DNA of 64,000 bases, from contig OZ316893.1 in the NCBI GenBank assembly GCA_973895155.1, positions 26,524,798 to 26,588,797 of the forward strand, written 5' to 3'. Within the stretch, counting starts at the first letter, position 1. Each line of letters opens with the position of its first letter. The DNA comes from Marsupella aquatica. Taxonomy: Eukaryota; Plantae; Marchantiophyta. Positions 1-14,479 of this stretch are shown here, in pieces. The translations under genes were made by a program, and so were the position numbers. The notes beneath the pieces were generated by a model, which saw nothing but the letters and a program-made list of their open reading frames with translations, was not told the DNA's origin and did no database searches.

Positions 1-49
1 TGCAGTACCAGTACTAATTTTATAAACACAGCTGCGGCCAGTACCGTTG

Positions 50-2700
50 GCGATTACACCAACCTCCGGGTTTTATGTAGTCTGCGAACAAATTTAGTAG
101 AAACGACGTGGTGACTGGCGTCTTCATTCTTGTCGAGAAGACCAGATATAATTCTTGAAAGCTGGAATCTGAGGGTCGTGAATATGATGCATTCCGGGAG
201 ATCTGGTGGCACGGTGACGCTCTGCGCAGCTTTAACTAAGTTTTGAAAAGGCTTCTGTACACGCAAACGAAGGATATGTGCAACTGTCGTCTAGAACTAA
301 CGTGACTGCCTGGGCACCAAGTAAAGTCTTTGGTTTGTACATATGGCCTGGATAATTTGGGAGAAGCCTCGTCCTCTTGCCTTGAGTTGAGAACCACAAG
401 TGATAGAATAGTTCAGGTCTACTGTAAGTGATTGCGAGTGTTGCGCTGGTTCGTGTAGTCATCGGCGTTCAGCTAAACCAGCACCCGAGATTAATTGTTA
501 CTAGCTTAGTGTGAATGCCGGAGCTTTGCTCATGAATAGTTCGTGGTACCATTGTGGGGGTTGCAGTTCCGGGTTGTACCCTACGCGCGTTGCACTGTAG
601 TTGAGACGGAAGGAAACCCAACCCGGAAGGAAAGATGACAAGTAAGCATATATAGATCGAGAAGATCCTGCGTTACGTGATGAGGGAGTTTAGCGTATGC
701 AGGCAAGAAGGAAAGAAGGAGCCGCTCCTGTTTGCTATGGCCGCTTTTCTGGCACTATTTGCCTTCATCGTTAGCAAGAAATGAGAGCACTCGACTGGTC
801 ATCGCGATAGAATTGATGCCCTGTCTATATGTGAGTTCTTGCTTGTTGGCGAGGAACCCGATGAATCTACATAAATACTTCCTCAACCGTGCAATTCTGT
901 CGATGTTACGGAGGTTTAATTATTCCCTCTAAAAGATGGCGGTGATAACCTAATTATGGCCGAGTGCAACGGAGCGGAGATGAAGCAATCATAGTTTGTT
1001 CGGAGGACGATTTTGGTTTAGAGTTGGATGTTGGCAACGTAGTGGAGCGAGACAACGACGTGTGCGATGGCGTGGACATTTTCAAGCGCGAAGAAGGGCT
1101 TCGTCGTAGTTGTTGTTTACTTGGTGGAGAAGATCAATGTCTTTTGAACTGGGTACAGAGGATTGCTTACTGGCATTAGTAGAATGAATGTGAGCGGAAT
1201 TCATGACTAGGATCGAGGGTGGCACAATTAATTGAAGGAAGGAAGCTGTTATTGATTGGCCTTGGAAGAAAGGAACACCGCACTGGAGATGACATAACGT
1301 CTGGCGCCTCCTCGTGCTGAGCGTGTTTACAGATTTGTAAGCAAACGCGTTCGACCCGCAACCGTAGCTGTGCCCCCGAGTAAGCCCTTATCCTAGCTTT
1401 GGATCGCGCTTTGTTAGATAGGTTATTACTAAAGACAAATGGACTTACTGTCAGGGGACTTCGAGCTTTCATCTCATGTCTTTAGAATTGAGACAGTTGT
1501 ATCCTGTAATACCTCAAAACGATATAACTCGTTCTGCCCATTCTCGTTCAAGGTAACCCTATTCACATGGTCATAGAATCTTCGTGTCTTTTGAAGTACG
1601 TAGCTTTAATGCCTCTTGATCACAGACGATGACTCTTCACGTGAGGTGTCGTCTTAACTGCAATCTGAACCTTGAAAGTAGGTCAATTGGACCAGTGCTC
1701 CCGCAGGCAACGTCTGAATCCAATAAGATCGAAAACATCGACCGATCAGACCGATCAATCTGAAGGCCATTCAAACCGGGATTCAAATGAGATCTAAGTA
1801 CAATCCCAACTTATGCACAATCCCTACTTATGAGGACCAACATGCTCAGGTAAAAGTAAGCATCAAGTCTTCCTGCTTCCATTTGATAATCACCACAAGA
1901 TTCATGTGACATTCTGTAGAGTCTACACAACCGATCAAAACTAAGATGACCATGAGGATGCATTACCTAAACTAATAGTCATCTCCGCTCTGTAATTTAA
2001 TGAATGGAATTCCATTAAAGCTTTATCGTCGCATTTTCTTCATACTAGCATAGCAACTGCAATCCTTCATCCATTTTTTCCTGAAGTTTTCATGTCCTAA
2101 ATTGCAAAAAATGGAAGTGCGAAACTCGGGGAAGTTTTAACACTTTTAAAAAATCGGGGAAGTACGAAGTGTGATGAATTCAAGGCAGGAATAAAGCATC
2201 TAGAAAGATATTTCCATTGTATCGATCATCACCTCATGTAGCTTGTGATCAAAAAGTAGCATATGCTACTAGGAAGCTTATGTTTTGTCACACTGGTCAA
2301 GCGTACGCGTGACTACTTGTAATATAAACTGTCGCCAGAAACTTACTGTAGGCTCTCACCATTTGCACCGTTGGAGAACCTGCAACATGTGGAGTAGTCA
2401 CCACGAATGAACTATCGTGCTTTAGATGTACCAAGCAGTCTAGGGTAACCATAAAATTGTCCATTGCTTTCATGTATTGTGGCCAGAATTGAATTTCGAA
2501 TGAGCCGTTCTACTGAAGATGCAAACGGAGAAAATAGGGTCCTTTGCAACGGAGACTAATGTTTTTGGCCTTCCAGAAAGTGCACATAAAAGGATCGGCA
2601 GGAAGTACATCCACTTTGATTTTCTGAGTTTCTCGTAGTTATCGTTGTCTGACATAGCAAACAGGCTTACGTTTATGTGCGATTACTAAGGGACATATTT
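50..2700 (-). mobile_element. Highly degenerate LTR-retrotransposon remnant(s)
   Basis: Stop-ridden minus-strand peptides weakly resemble an integrase GPY/F motif (KNISLRCKGPYFL, ~2540-2570), a gag N-terminus (LSPPSFRG, ~925-950) and a retropepsin-like stretch (LLD..ASHHVVSTKFVRRL, ~70-145). No ends were defined. Confidence 0.3.
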
Positions 2701-4044
2701 GTTTGCCTTCTGTTCAAGTTCACCTAATTGTTAGCATGTTCACATCGGGGTTCTCAGGATATGTTGAAGACTGTTCGAGCGGAACTTTTGGCGATAAATG
2801 TGATGTTGAATACCCATACTCAATTAACAATGCTGCTACTATGCAATCAGTTCTAATGCTCGTTTCATCTCGAGCACTTTTGCCCAACATCTGTTTGGGA
2901 ACCAAATGCCAGAACGTGCGCTTGATTGATTTCCTCATGGCTTTTCAACACTAGGTGACAGTAGTCAAGAATTTCCACTACGGTTTAGGCTTTAAGAATC
3001 GAGTAATCTAATGTTGCAAATGAGTTGTGTGGTTCCTTCACTCAGGATGGTCAACTCGTTGCTACAATCCCCACTTCAACCATTAGCCTACCCCAATTCC
3101 ATCAAGCTGCTAACTAAAATTTCTAAGTAAATCTAAATAAGGTGATCATCATGCATGCTTCAAGAAGGGACTTCAAGCCACTTCCATGATAGTGATGACA
3201 TTTGCTTTTTGACTCAAATACCCAGACTGAGGTTCATCCTTTGTGGTGCTTCAAGCCTTCTAGATCCTTGTTCCAGATGATGACTTTAATGTACTTCAGT
3301 GGGTACATTGTTGGCAGCCATCATTCAATAACTTAACTTTACAAGCACCCAAGAATGCATATGCAAGTCATGTATTCACAACAACATAAGGAATATGCAA
3401 AAAGAGTATTGGTAGGATATCAGGTGAGATGCCCATGGCAGGTAATGTAAGGTTGCTACCAGAATAATGGTCCAAAAACCATTATAAGTAGTGTTGTTTG
3501 AATAAGTAGATTTACATTATAAAATGACCTAGGACTGATCCATTTGAAGAGCTCTGACTGACCCACTATTGGGGAAAAAGCAAAGGAGGGAGAGGGCAGG
3601 TAGGACAGGTAGCCCATGCAAAGCCAAAAGGCGTGGGGCTATCCTGGAGGTTTACTGAAATCAGATAGAACCATGATTAAGGTGCCCTCAGGTGGGCAAT
3701 GGGAACTAAGGCCTCTACTTCATAATGTTCTATTGAGGGAAATGCATAGACCTCCAAGCCACAATATTCCTTTAGAGGAAATGGGATCTGAATAACTTGG
3801 GAACTCAATTGTGGTCCCTTCACATTGCAACAATGACTCCAATGAGTCCAAAGTCCTACATCAGGATCTAGAAAACAGTAGCAGTTTGAGAAGTTCCTTA
3901 GGGGTTCTAAGATTTGAATCAAAGTAAGATAGCCAGGATCACACCTCAAGAATGGTTATCAAGGGACCATTTGATGATCCAAAATCTATCTGTAAAGGTA
4001 GACCTAAGGCATTCTAGAACTACTTTGGGTGTGACTGAGGCATC

Positions 4045-5442
4045 ATGCCTAAAACTTTAAGACCTGGAGGGTCTTTTAGGCTCAACAGACCTGGAGAGCC
4101 ATCTCAAAGGAAACAGAAGGCAGTTAGCTTCAAAGGAGTCGAGGCAGAGGATGAGATTATTCCTGAAGATTCGGAACATAATCCTCCACTGACCCCTGCA
4201 ACAACAAATACTAAGCTCAAAAAGGGAAAATTTGATTTGAGTGAACTTGACAAAGGACTAGAGAAGCTCAACCAAAAATTTGCTAACAAAACTCTTCCTA
4301 GCAATGCAAAAGGTAATCATCCTCCACCCAACCCTGCAAAAACGAATGAGAAGCCACAAAAGGGCAAATTAGAGGTGAGTGAACTTGACAAAGGATTGGA
4401 GAAGCTCAATCTAAAAACTGCTAGCAAAGCAGATGCCTCTCCAAGTAGGCTTTACGCCGAACAACCTTGGGAAATTAATCCAAGCTTGTTAAAAATAGAG
4501 AAGCTCCTTGGGAATGGATCATATGGGAGGGTGTATAAAGGAACATACAACGGAGAACAAGTGGCTATCAAGATGCTTGAGTGGGGTGATCCAAGTGATG
4601 ATGAAGAGAAGGAGATCAGCTTCCAGTGGAATTTTTTTCAAGAAGTGCAGGTAATGTACCAGCTTGAAAGCCATCCTAATATTTGTAAATTCATTGGAGC
4701 CAGCATGGGAAGCACTAACCTCCATGTACCTTCTCCTCTCTTCGGAAGACACCAAATTCAGGTGGCCAAACAGATGTGTTGCATAGTCATGGAGTTTGTA
4801 GATGGTGGTAATCTAAGAGATTTCTGGATAAATCATAGGAGGAGTGGAAAGAGACGCATGCCCTTCAGTGTCACAGTGCAATTTGCCATTGATATAGCTC
4901 AAGGACTTGCATATTTACACTCCAAGAAGATTTGCCATCGAGACCTGAAACCTGACAATGTTTTGATGGACCATAATTGCAATCTCAAGATTGCTGACTT
5001 TGGTCTCTCCCGAAATTGGCCTGAGCAAGGTGAAGATCCCATGTCATTGTACAGGGGCACTGCCACCTATTGTGCCCCAGAGGTACTTGATGGCAAGGTG
5101 TACTCTCACAAAGCCGATATTTACAGTTATGGAATGTGCATATGGGAGCTTTACACATGTGATTTGCCCTATACAGACCCATTGCAAATGCATAAAGGCT
5201 CTATCAATCAGAAAATTATAAACAAGAACTACAGACCAAAGATTCCATGTGGCTGTCCAGCAGTGCTTCAACACATCATGACCAGATGTTGGGACCCAAA
5301 TCCTGCCAAGAGACCTGAGATGAGAGAAGTAGTTGAGTGGCTGACAGCAATTAATACTGAGCAACCTAGGTGTCTAACCAATGATAATGCAGTTGAATGC
5401 TATGCTTGTGTGGTAGAGACAACATGCGGATTTCACAGATGA
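4045..5442 (+). CDS. Raf-like (group C, CBC1/CBC2-like) Ser/Thr/Tyr protein kinase, intronless
   Basis: 465-aa ORF with all kinase motifs: GNGSYG, VAIK, HPNICKFIGASMG, HRDLKPDN, KIADFGLSR, GTATYCAPE, CWDPNPAKRPEM. VAIKMLEWG, CCIVMEF and ELYTCDLPY match the CBC/Raf-C clade pattern. Confidence 0.85.
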   Translation: MPKTLRPGGSFRLNRPGEPSQRKQKAVSFKGVEAEDEIIPEDSEHNPPLTPATTNTKLKKGKFDLSELDKGLEKLNQKFANKTLPSNAKGNHPPPNPAKTNEKPQKGKLEVSELDKGLEKLNLKTASKADASPSRLYAEQPWEINPSLLKIEKLLGNGSYGRVYKGTYNGEQVAIKMLEWGDPSDDEEKEISFQWNFFQEVQVMYQLESHPNICKFIGASMGSTNLHVPSPLFGRHQIQVAKQMCCIVMEFVDGGNLRDFWINHRRSGKRRMPFSVTVQFAIDIAQGLAYLHSKKICHRDLKPDNVLMDHNCNLKIADFGLSRNWPEQGEDPMSLYRGTATYCAPEVLDGKVYSHKADIYSYGMCIWELYTCDLPYTDPLQMHKGSINQKIINKNYRPKIPCGCPAVLQHIMTRCWDPNPAKRPEMREVVEWLTAINTEQPRCLTNDNAVECYACVVETTCGFHR

Positions 5443-6361
5443 CACTGAAATTCATTAAATCACAACTGCCCCCTCAACAATTATGGGTTACCCGCATGAT
5501 CCAAATTTCACTATTAACAGTAAATTTTGTACAAAAGCATGGAGCAGACTTGCATCTTACATAAAAGAAGTGAGTTGAATGTGGAAAAAGGGGAGCAGAG
5601 GTCTTGGACACTTTTCCCTTATGATATTGGGCAGTGGTTTAAGGATGAGAGGAAAGATGGAGATGACTTAATGCTATCTGTATTCCCGTTGCTCGGTCTC
5701 ATTGCCCAACCCTAGTATATATTGGAATAAGTACTAGGCATGAGCAGAGTCAGGCGCCCATGGCACCCTGGTTCAGCTATAGCGTTCTACACCTAGAAAA
5801 GAATGAGGTCTTGCGAGCAGCGGACAGAGAGGACTATGGACAGCCATCATCAATGAGCCAAGATGTTGTCTTTCATTCTTATTATTGGTTTATTCATCAG
5901 TCCGACCCCTGGTCAGACCTGATGAAATTGATGCTTGGATAGGCCACAATAGTTGACCTTGGGACTCCAATGAAGCAAACACTTTTGACCCCTAAAGCGC
6001 TATGATTATACAAAGGAAACTTGCCATCTGAGTAACAAGTATTGTTTCAGAGTGGGCCATGAGGGTGATATGGTATATCCGAGCATCTTGTGAAACATGG
6101 TGGTCCATGGGAGCTTCAGTTGATAGTGAAAGACATTTTAATGTTGCTATATAGTGGTTGCAAATATGTCTTCTTGTACAACTGAATCTCAAAATTTTGA
6201 TCATTGAATCTAAAATATACCTATTTGAAAATTTGGGGGGAGGGGAGGGGGGCTGGTCAACTACAAAAAAATTGTAGTTATCACATGTGATCCAAAATAG
6301 TATTTCCATGCTTGAATATAAAGCCTATCAATGAAGTAAAATGTTTACAACACAAAACTGA

Positions 6362-6535
6362 TGTTAGGATTTACTCTTACGTCTAGAGTTACAACTGTAC
6401 CGTAGTTAAGGCTAACCTTAGTCGTAGACTTGGTTAGGTTAGTCATGTTATGCACACACTATGCCCAAGCAATGTTTTGCTTGGAGAGTGGAAACTCAGG
6501 CTCATTGTTACGGAGCCAGTTGAGTTGAGAGATAG
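6362..6535 (+). mobile_element. Partial LTR of the TGTTAG.. solo-LTR family
   Basis: Aligns by eye with 47253-47420 (tgttaggatt-actctta-gtctagagtta..gtaccgtagtta-ggctaaccttagt..ggttaggttagtcatgtt-tgcacacactat-cccaag). The 3' end was not found. Confidence 0.6.
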
Positions 6536-8063
6536 GTCCTATGAATACATCAAGTTAAAACTCCCAAGTTTGTAATGCTCTTCTCTTCATGTTACTTACC
6601 AAATCAAAACATTGACAACTCCAAAAATGTGACAATCTGGGTTGAATCTCAACCTATATTTAAATTTGCTTCAAATGAATACTTTTTATAATTTCTATAA
6701 TTTTTGTACATGATTATCATGAATCATGATTCCGTCTGGTCGTGCTAGACATCTTCAGAATGTGACATCTTTAGAAACATTCTACTCTGTTAATTACTGT
6801 ACCTTTTGAGTGTTTTCATTGCAGTGTCCACACGTTTCTTAGAGACTGCACCAACCTCACATCCATCACACCCAGGTGACTCATAATTTCAGTCTATTTG
6901 ATAATTGAATCCAAACCAAAAAATAGTTTGCAGACTTAATCAAGGAGATCGAACTTTGACAGAACACACACCAGCAAATTTATTTCACCGACTTCAAGCC
7001 ATCTCTCTTCTCTTACATTCTAGTCAATGTCCTCATGTACTCCACGATTTCCAAAGAATGACGAGTTCTGGGAATGTACTCGCGAACTGTTGTACTTTGA
7101 CAAAACACCCACCGGCAGACCTTAATCACAAGTGTTGAAACCTTCTTCCCTCTTCCATTCCAGTCAATGCCCTCCTCTCTGATGCCAGTGTGCTCCACTA
7201 GTTTTTACACTCCAGTCATTGCGCTCATGTACTGCACGATTTCCAGAAAATGATACCTTCGTATGCTCCACGATTTCCAGAAAGTTATGTTAATTATGGT
7301 GAATTCTGATTGCGAGGATCCGCTGGTGACAGTGGTGGTGGTTTGACTGGTACAAGAAGCTCCGTCACCTTTTATACATTTCAAATCAGACCTGTTGTGT
7401 TACTCTGTTTCGTACCCGGGTTTTCAGAGTCCATATCCTACATGGCTCAAATCACTGTGGAGCCCAATCTCCTTCCTCGTCAAAGCAGTCCATTGAGCTA
7501 CTAAACGAGCTCGAAGCTGTATGATACATGGTTTATCTAGTGTACAGAGCGCCAGTATGCAGCACTCCATTTCCCATAACAGTAGTGCACTGAAGACAGT
7601 TTATCCATCACGACTTGATAGTGTATGCTGTCTGATGTCATAGTTTAGCCAACGCATCCCCCTCAGTGATCCATGGGCTGAGGACCTTCTTGGGTAGACA
7701 TTTCTTCCACTATGGGGTTGGTCTCTGTTTACCATACTGATTAGCACCCTCAGGGGGTAAGTGCTGAAAGGCAAGCCTTCCGAGAGTCCATAGTTCTTTC
7801 CAACTTCGTCGTGTGAATATCTCCATACCTTGAGATTTGGATCACTAAAACATTCGAACATGCTAGAATATCCGTTTCCTTCTTGACTATGAGACTTCAT
7901 TAAATCTGACTGTGAATTACAACGCACGAGGGGGCGTCACGGCAAGACAGCGCTTTCACTCTTGGAATGAATAAATTATGTTACAAAGAATGGTATCATC
8001 GGCAGCCTTGAAATCCATAGAAAGAGATTCTTTCCATGGAGAGAACACAGTGAATACATGGTA

Positions 8064-11000
8064 CTACAATGCCCCTGCCCCTGCCCCTGCCAAAAGAATT
8101 AGCGAACGCTGAATTGCTGGGACGGAAACCAGAACAGAGCAGAAGATGCCCGTGAGTGCATAGGCGATGGCGCAGAACGGAAGAGCTTCAGGCTCCTTGG
8201 CAGACAGAGCAGCCGTTCCTAGCCCATGGGCGCTGCCAAACAACAAGATGAATGACAAAGCAATTAAATCATCAGAACTCTGCCACTTACTTGAAGACAC
8301 TCAAATTCTTGGGGTCCTGCTCGTTTGATCAACAACAGAATAAAAGATGACAAGAAGCAGTCCGTCCATTCATGAGTACAAGTAATTCGAGTTCGTTTTT
8401 TCTGTATAGGGCTGGGGACAAGGTCATAAAAGCTCATACCTGCATGCAGTTGCCAAGCCCCTCGAGATTGGGTCACCAAATCCGAGTTTATCCATCACCA
8501 CTTGAGTAAAATTAGCTCCAATCAGGCCAGTCAGGACCACGACTGCCGCAGTAAGAGATGGATTGCCGGCTGCATAGGCACAAAAAACCGTCTCATTCAA
8601 AAACTCCATTTCAAGTACCTCACTCGTGTGCGGTACAACCCCTTTCCGAGATACGCATCAAAGTTCATTTTGATTTCGTAAGTGCTCTGAGTAATTTAAG
8701 TTTAGCATTGATGAAATTTTCGGCATTTCCCCATCATTTAGTATTTCCTAGTTACATAAACAATAAGATGAGACGAGATCAAACCTTCTAGAAGTCCGGC
8801 AATAGGGAGGGCCAGAGCTACTGTAATGCACCGGGGAACGATGGCAAGAGTCAGGCCCGAAGGCAATCCGAGAAATCTACCGGCGAGAGCAGTGGAGTAC
8901 AACGAAAAGACACCTGCCGCCGCCACCGCAGAAAAGATCTCTGGAGCGTGTCTCTTGACGAGCTGAGAAACCGACAAAACCCGAGTTCAGCAACCAGCAG
9001 ATTCCAGTTCTTGATCAAGAGCTTTGAACCACCATCGGAGGCGCGTCCGCTCAACACATTTTCATGCATAATAAAATTCTTAAAACTTAGGTCCGAGATT
9101 CTGCTCTCTTCACGTTGGCACGAACTGCAGATGTTATTGTCTGAATGTATCTTTCCTAAGGAGAGAATTCAACGGAAAACGACGGTGAACTGAACAACAC
9201 TGCCCTAGAGCGGCAAAATTGACTTGTGGATGATTAAGCATCTGTATCAAGCAGAAGTACAATGCAAGGGCATTCGAGATGCTTTTCAGAAACGAATTTA
9301 TACTTTTGACAAATAACAAAGGAAATGCCATTGTTTCCTTTGGTTTCTACATTGTAAAGCGTACATCACTTTCCCTTGGTACCCTTGGTTGCGGCTGGAT
9401 GATTTTACTTAGTGAACAAACCTTCCTTTGATAGAACATAGAGAAGGCGAATGAAAGGATGACGGAGCCCAGAACTCCCATGAAAACATCTCCTGCTCCC
9501 GGATTCCCTGCCTGTTTGGTAAGGTAGAGCTCTGCAATCAAGAGAAAACAAATATGAGCTTTCGGGTCCACACTCTCGATTTAAAGTCAAGAACACCACA
9601 ACTAAGGTTCTTGGGATTGAGAATCGCTATCGACGCTTTCTATCACTTTTCTTGAAGACACATTTCAGTCTTACTTGAATAATGGTTTCCCAGGCAACTT
9701 AGCCTAAGTTGTTCCATTCACCTAGTTCTTAACTCCCATCTTGTCATACTTTTTCTCAGAGCAAATTTGGAGAACATCAATTCAGTTTCTCCTAACCACG
9801 TTTTGAGGTTGAAATGAGACGACAGCAGTTTTCATCAGGATCCACTCAGAATCGAGGAAAAAGGATATTCAACGCCTCAGCTGGCATATGATACCGCAAA
9901 TAATATTTACGTCCCATAGAGAAATTGAGACACACGTGATGAATGAAAGAATGGTTCTCAAAGTTAACTCTCTACTGGAGTTACCTTATTTGGATATATC
10001 ACGTCCGATCCCCTCCGTTCAACTTAGAGCAATTCCTGTCTTTTACATGACTGCTTTTTCTGCTATTTGAACCAAGCTTAAGGATACTAAATCTTATTGT
10101 TTTTGCCTCTGACGGACAAACGAGTGTCAACATCGACAAATTTGATTACGCGAGAGTGAGACTTACTCAAAGCTCCTTCAAAGCCAGTTTTGCTGACGTA
10201 ACCAAACACCAATGCAGCCACGTCCGCAGTGATCGCACATGTTATGATAGGGTGAAAGATCTTCTTAACACCTGCTGGAAGGCTGGAGATTCACCACAAT
10301 CAACAACAGTGGTGAAACTGTGTTGGAAAAAAACCCAAAACATGCTTCGTATCGATGATTGACCCTTTCAAAGATGCGTATTAGACAAACTTAGAGTCGT
10401 CAATTGCACGACTCAAAAGCAGACCGCAGGATGACACCTGCGCCAACTTATGGGTTGACGTAACATTTAAAGCTGAGATGAGTGCCACGAACGCAAAGGA
10501 TAAACGTACCCTTGCTCCTAAAAGTTCGACACATTCAACAAAGTCTTGGTAAAAAACCTCCGACCCAATAACTATCACAGTAGGTTGTAGAGCTTACTTG
10601 GATCCAAAAACATAGCCGAGGGCAGTGGCAGACAGGAAAAACGGCAAGGTGGTCACCGCAGCTGTCCCCAAAGCCGTGGGGGAATAGATGGCCAAAGCGA
10701 AGGAAAGAACCGATGCAGATGCCAATGCCTTGACCTCCCAGTCTGCGAATGGAGATGGTTTTGGGGTGTACTCAGCAGGCTCCATTTCAGTCTTGACGAT
10801 GTTTCTCACAGCCATTGCCGTGGAGCCTGCCACCGCACAAGATGCCGCCCATCCTCCCACTGTTCTTACACACCCACCACGGACCCGAGGTTACAACTAG
10901 TGTACCAGGGAATTCACCTGACAAGTACCAGGACACAGGACTACAACTGCCTTCCAGAAAATAGTACCAAATGATCAAATTCTGATTGGAGTTTTGATTG

Positions 11001-12694
11001 AGACTGATCAGGATTCAATTGTTTATCTTTTGAACATTTTAAACAAAACCCACCCAACGCTAGCCAACGGAACACGCGTATGAGATGCTCTGCCGAGGCC
11101 CTTTTTGTCAAACCTTTGATGCCTCTCTACAAATCTTATCATCAAATTGACGCTCTTCCCGACCATCGCGCTGGACTTAAGATCAGCTACCTTATCCACT
11201 ACTCAATCCAGCCGATGTACGTCGATTGGTATATAATCTACGAGTGACCAATGTCGCTTCTGAGAGCCACCTGTTAAAAAGTCAGGCCAGTGCAAGACGT
11301 TCCCTCGTGCTCGACCTAGACAAATTAGGGACCCACAATTCTAAGCTTCTTCCGTCTTTCCTGGCAAGATTCATTTCTGGAATTCAGAGCTAGGTGAAGC
11401 GAAGGCTGACACCTATCAGATAACAACAAAACTGGTTACCATATGACTTGAATTAACAGCCCGTGGGTTGAAAGGTTCTTCGTGGTTTAGCAGCAAAATT
11501 TGAACAAATCCAACACGACAATTTGCAGATAGGCTAAGGAGCACTAGGGGAATGAAAGTGGGTCGAGGAAGTTATCCCACCGAATATCAATGCGATCTTC
11601 GCAGCTGCTGCAGTAGGGATGCCCTGGATTGCCAGGGGTACGACCACCAGAGATGGAACGTAAAACAAAGGTAGCCATCGCTGGATGAAACTAATGGCAG
11701 GCTGGAAGAAATTGATCACTGACGAAGCCACCTCAGGTTTCACAGCATCCGCTAAAATCAAGAGAACGAAAATGCAGAACATCCCGAACAGGGCACTGGG
11801 AAATCGAATCCCCGCCGCTACAAACCGCTCCTTGAGAAATTTGTCTAGAGCCAGAAATGCACCAAGTGACACTCCCACGTGAAGGGTCTCTGCAGCCTGC
11901 AGAAGAGCGGAGTCTAAAGAACTCAAAAGGGGAAGGAAGGAGGGGAGTGTCAGAACATGTCACAATATGTTCTCCTCGCGCAATAAATCAACAACGATCA
12001 TGCTGAGATACAATGTGCGCTGAGTTTCATGATTGCCCTCATGTTTGGAAATTACAATAATGCCCCTACAATCCTGCTAAAATGTTTTTCCTCGCAAATT
12101 TTATGCATGCTTACTCTGGAAGTGTGACTCTGGGTTTAACATGCAGTTCGAAGTGAGGGGGAGGGCAAGTTGGTAATTCTGAACAATGTGGGGCATTTTG
12201 GTACATTCAAAGGAGTAACGTGGGATATAATTGCTTCGAGTTAGAACAGTGAAGAAAGATAGTAGGTTGGGCTCCACCTTCTGAAGGATGGGATTCTCAT
12301 TTCCAGAGGAGGTCGAGTTCGCTTCGGCCGAAAGAATTTTCCACCTCCGTGCCCCGCTCCCTCCTCCGTTACCTCGCCCTGCACTCACATTGTCCCAGAC
12401 AGTTGCACTGCCAAACCCGAATTTCTTCTCTACAGCTAGGCTGCTTCCTACACCTTGATCTCTTCGCTGCAATGAGCTGTTCTCCCAATTAAGGACTGCC
12501 CTTGAGTGAAGGACGGCTGCTTTCCCTCTGGATGAATCACCATCAGATGATATCTCTGATCCTCCCCTTCTCAACTGCATCCTGCCAGGCCCACCAGGAA
12601 GTAGACGAGCCACTCTATTCGACTGCTTCGCCAGCCCCGTTGCATGCCCCAAACCTCTCATCGTTCCTCGTGAAATCGCTGCTGCTGCCTCCAT
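8064..12694 (-). CDS. PLGG1: Plastidal glycolate/glycerate translocator (LrgA/LrgB-fusion membrane protein), 8 exons
   Basis: Exons 12694-12278, 11896-11581, 10859-10598, 10282-10167, 9531-9422, 8962-8785, 8569-8440 and 8232-8064, all with GT..AG introns and in frame. Transit-peptide-like N-terminus. Motifs FPSALFGMFCIF, FIQRWLPLFYVPSLVV, IFHPIITCA, LGSVILSFAFSMF, PRCITVALALPI and SAHGLGTAALSAKEPEALPFCAIAYALTGIF. Confidence 0.93.
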
Positions 12695-14479
12695 TTCCGT
12701 GCCTGGTCAAGCAGCAAACCGAATCAGTATCGTCGAAAAGAATTGGAAAACCAATTTCTACGATACAGTACGCACGGCCCGAAAGATAACTTCCATGTAG
12801 GAAAAATCCCTCGACTCCAACAGATGACAACGCCATACATTCTAGATCAAGCATTGTTTTCAAAAAAACCACAGAAAAGCTTCTCTTAATTAAATGACCA
12901 TTCTACAACGGTAGATGCGGACACCGAAAACCCACCTGAACTGGAAGAAATGGCCGAATGGCACCGGACAGTCCTCAAATCTCTCAAACAGCACTGGCTA
13001 TGGCCTCCGATCGAGATCCACACCTGGGTTGCAGCACCGATGTTCATAGCTGAAACCGCGACCATCTCCAACAGCAACAACAACAGCTCCAACGAAATGA
13101 TAACAGAGTCGAAACCCCTGACCTGCTCTGCTCTGCTCTGCTCTGCTCTGCTCTTCTTGGCCAGAATGCAAAGCCTCCAATTCTCTTGCTACTTCTGTAC
13201 GCTACACCTCTGCAATTCTTACTGAATTTCCTCTCGTGCAGCTAAGATCTTCTTCGGTGAACCTCAGCCATACTCACTGATTTCGTCTCGTGCCGCTAAG
13301 ATCCTCTTCGAGCAGCGATTGTTCCGAGGCTCCATTGCTGCTGCTGCTCCACGATTACTGTAGCGTGAATGAAGGCGAATGGATAGAATGATCAATTTGT
13401 GCACAAATTAGATGGATGGAATTGAATCGAGACGACTTTTTGGGTCCCACGCAATCATTTCTTCTTCGTCATGTTGGAAAAGGAGCCTACAGTAGTAACG
13501 ACTTTACTCCTTCCTGAGACATATATTCTTTTGTCATAATAACTTCTAATTTTTAGGTACTTTGCTACTAAAGAGTTACAAATGACAATACTCACGATCA
13601 ATTCACAAATATGTCATATTTTCATATGGATGACAGGTTCACCAAGGTAGCCATACACAATAAATCATGACGTATTTGTAAATCTGGGACACATTTATAA
13701 ATACAATACAAACACTGATAGTGTTGCAAATTATTACATCTTTCCTGATGTAGTTTAAAGTCATTTGTCATACAATTCATGACTTAATGTCTCTGGTGAA
13801 ACTGGTGAGTAAAGGCCCACAGAAAAAGCAATTTTGAGCACTCAAAGTGTGATGAGTTAAGCCTGGAAATGAGTTAAGCCCCTAAATAAGTAAGTGTGAA
13901 AACTTTGCTCATAGTTGTTAACTCACAAAAACTCACTCAGGCAGGGTTTACCAGGTAAACCCTTTATATATGCTTTTGGCCAGGAACAAGGGGATGGAAA
14001 TACTGTCTGTGCGATGTGAGGCCCGCCACATTCAGCAGCATCAGCATCTACTCCACCATTGCCAAGCTTACCCCTTCCCCATGAATTGTTGTGATACAGC
14101 TTTCCTAATACAGACAACTAGGAAATAGAAAATCAAGCAAAGCAGTCATCGCCGACAGTATGGACCATCCCGGTTACTAATTCTCTGCATATCACAATCC
14201 CAATCGTTGCCTATTGTCACTAACCTTTCTTCTTTCAGATCCTACTCTCTTTCGAATGTGCATGACACCTCCATTGCATTGCGCAAATTTGGACACAAGA
14301 ACTATGAGTGACCTGGGGTAAAGCCACTCGCCACTCTTGGAATCATTTGTGCGATCTCAACCCTTAATACTCAGAAGTTGATCTTGGGTTTGAATCTTAA
14401 CTTAGTTACCCTGAACCCGAGTCAAAATGACTGACAACTCATCCGCCCCGTCCAGACACTTTATGGGAAACTCTACTAT

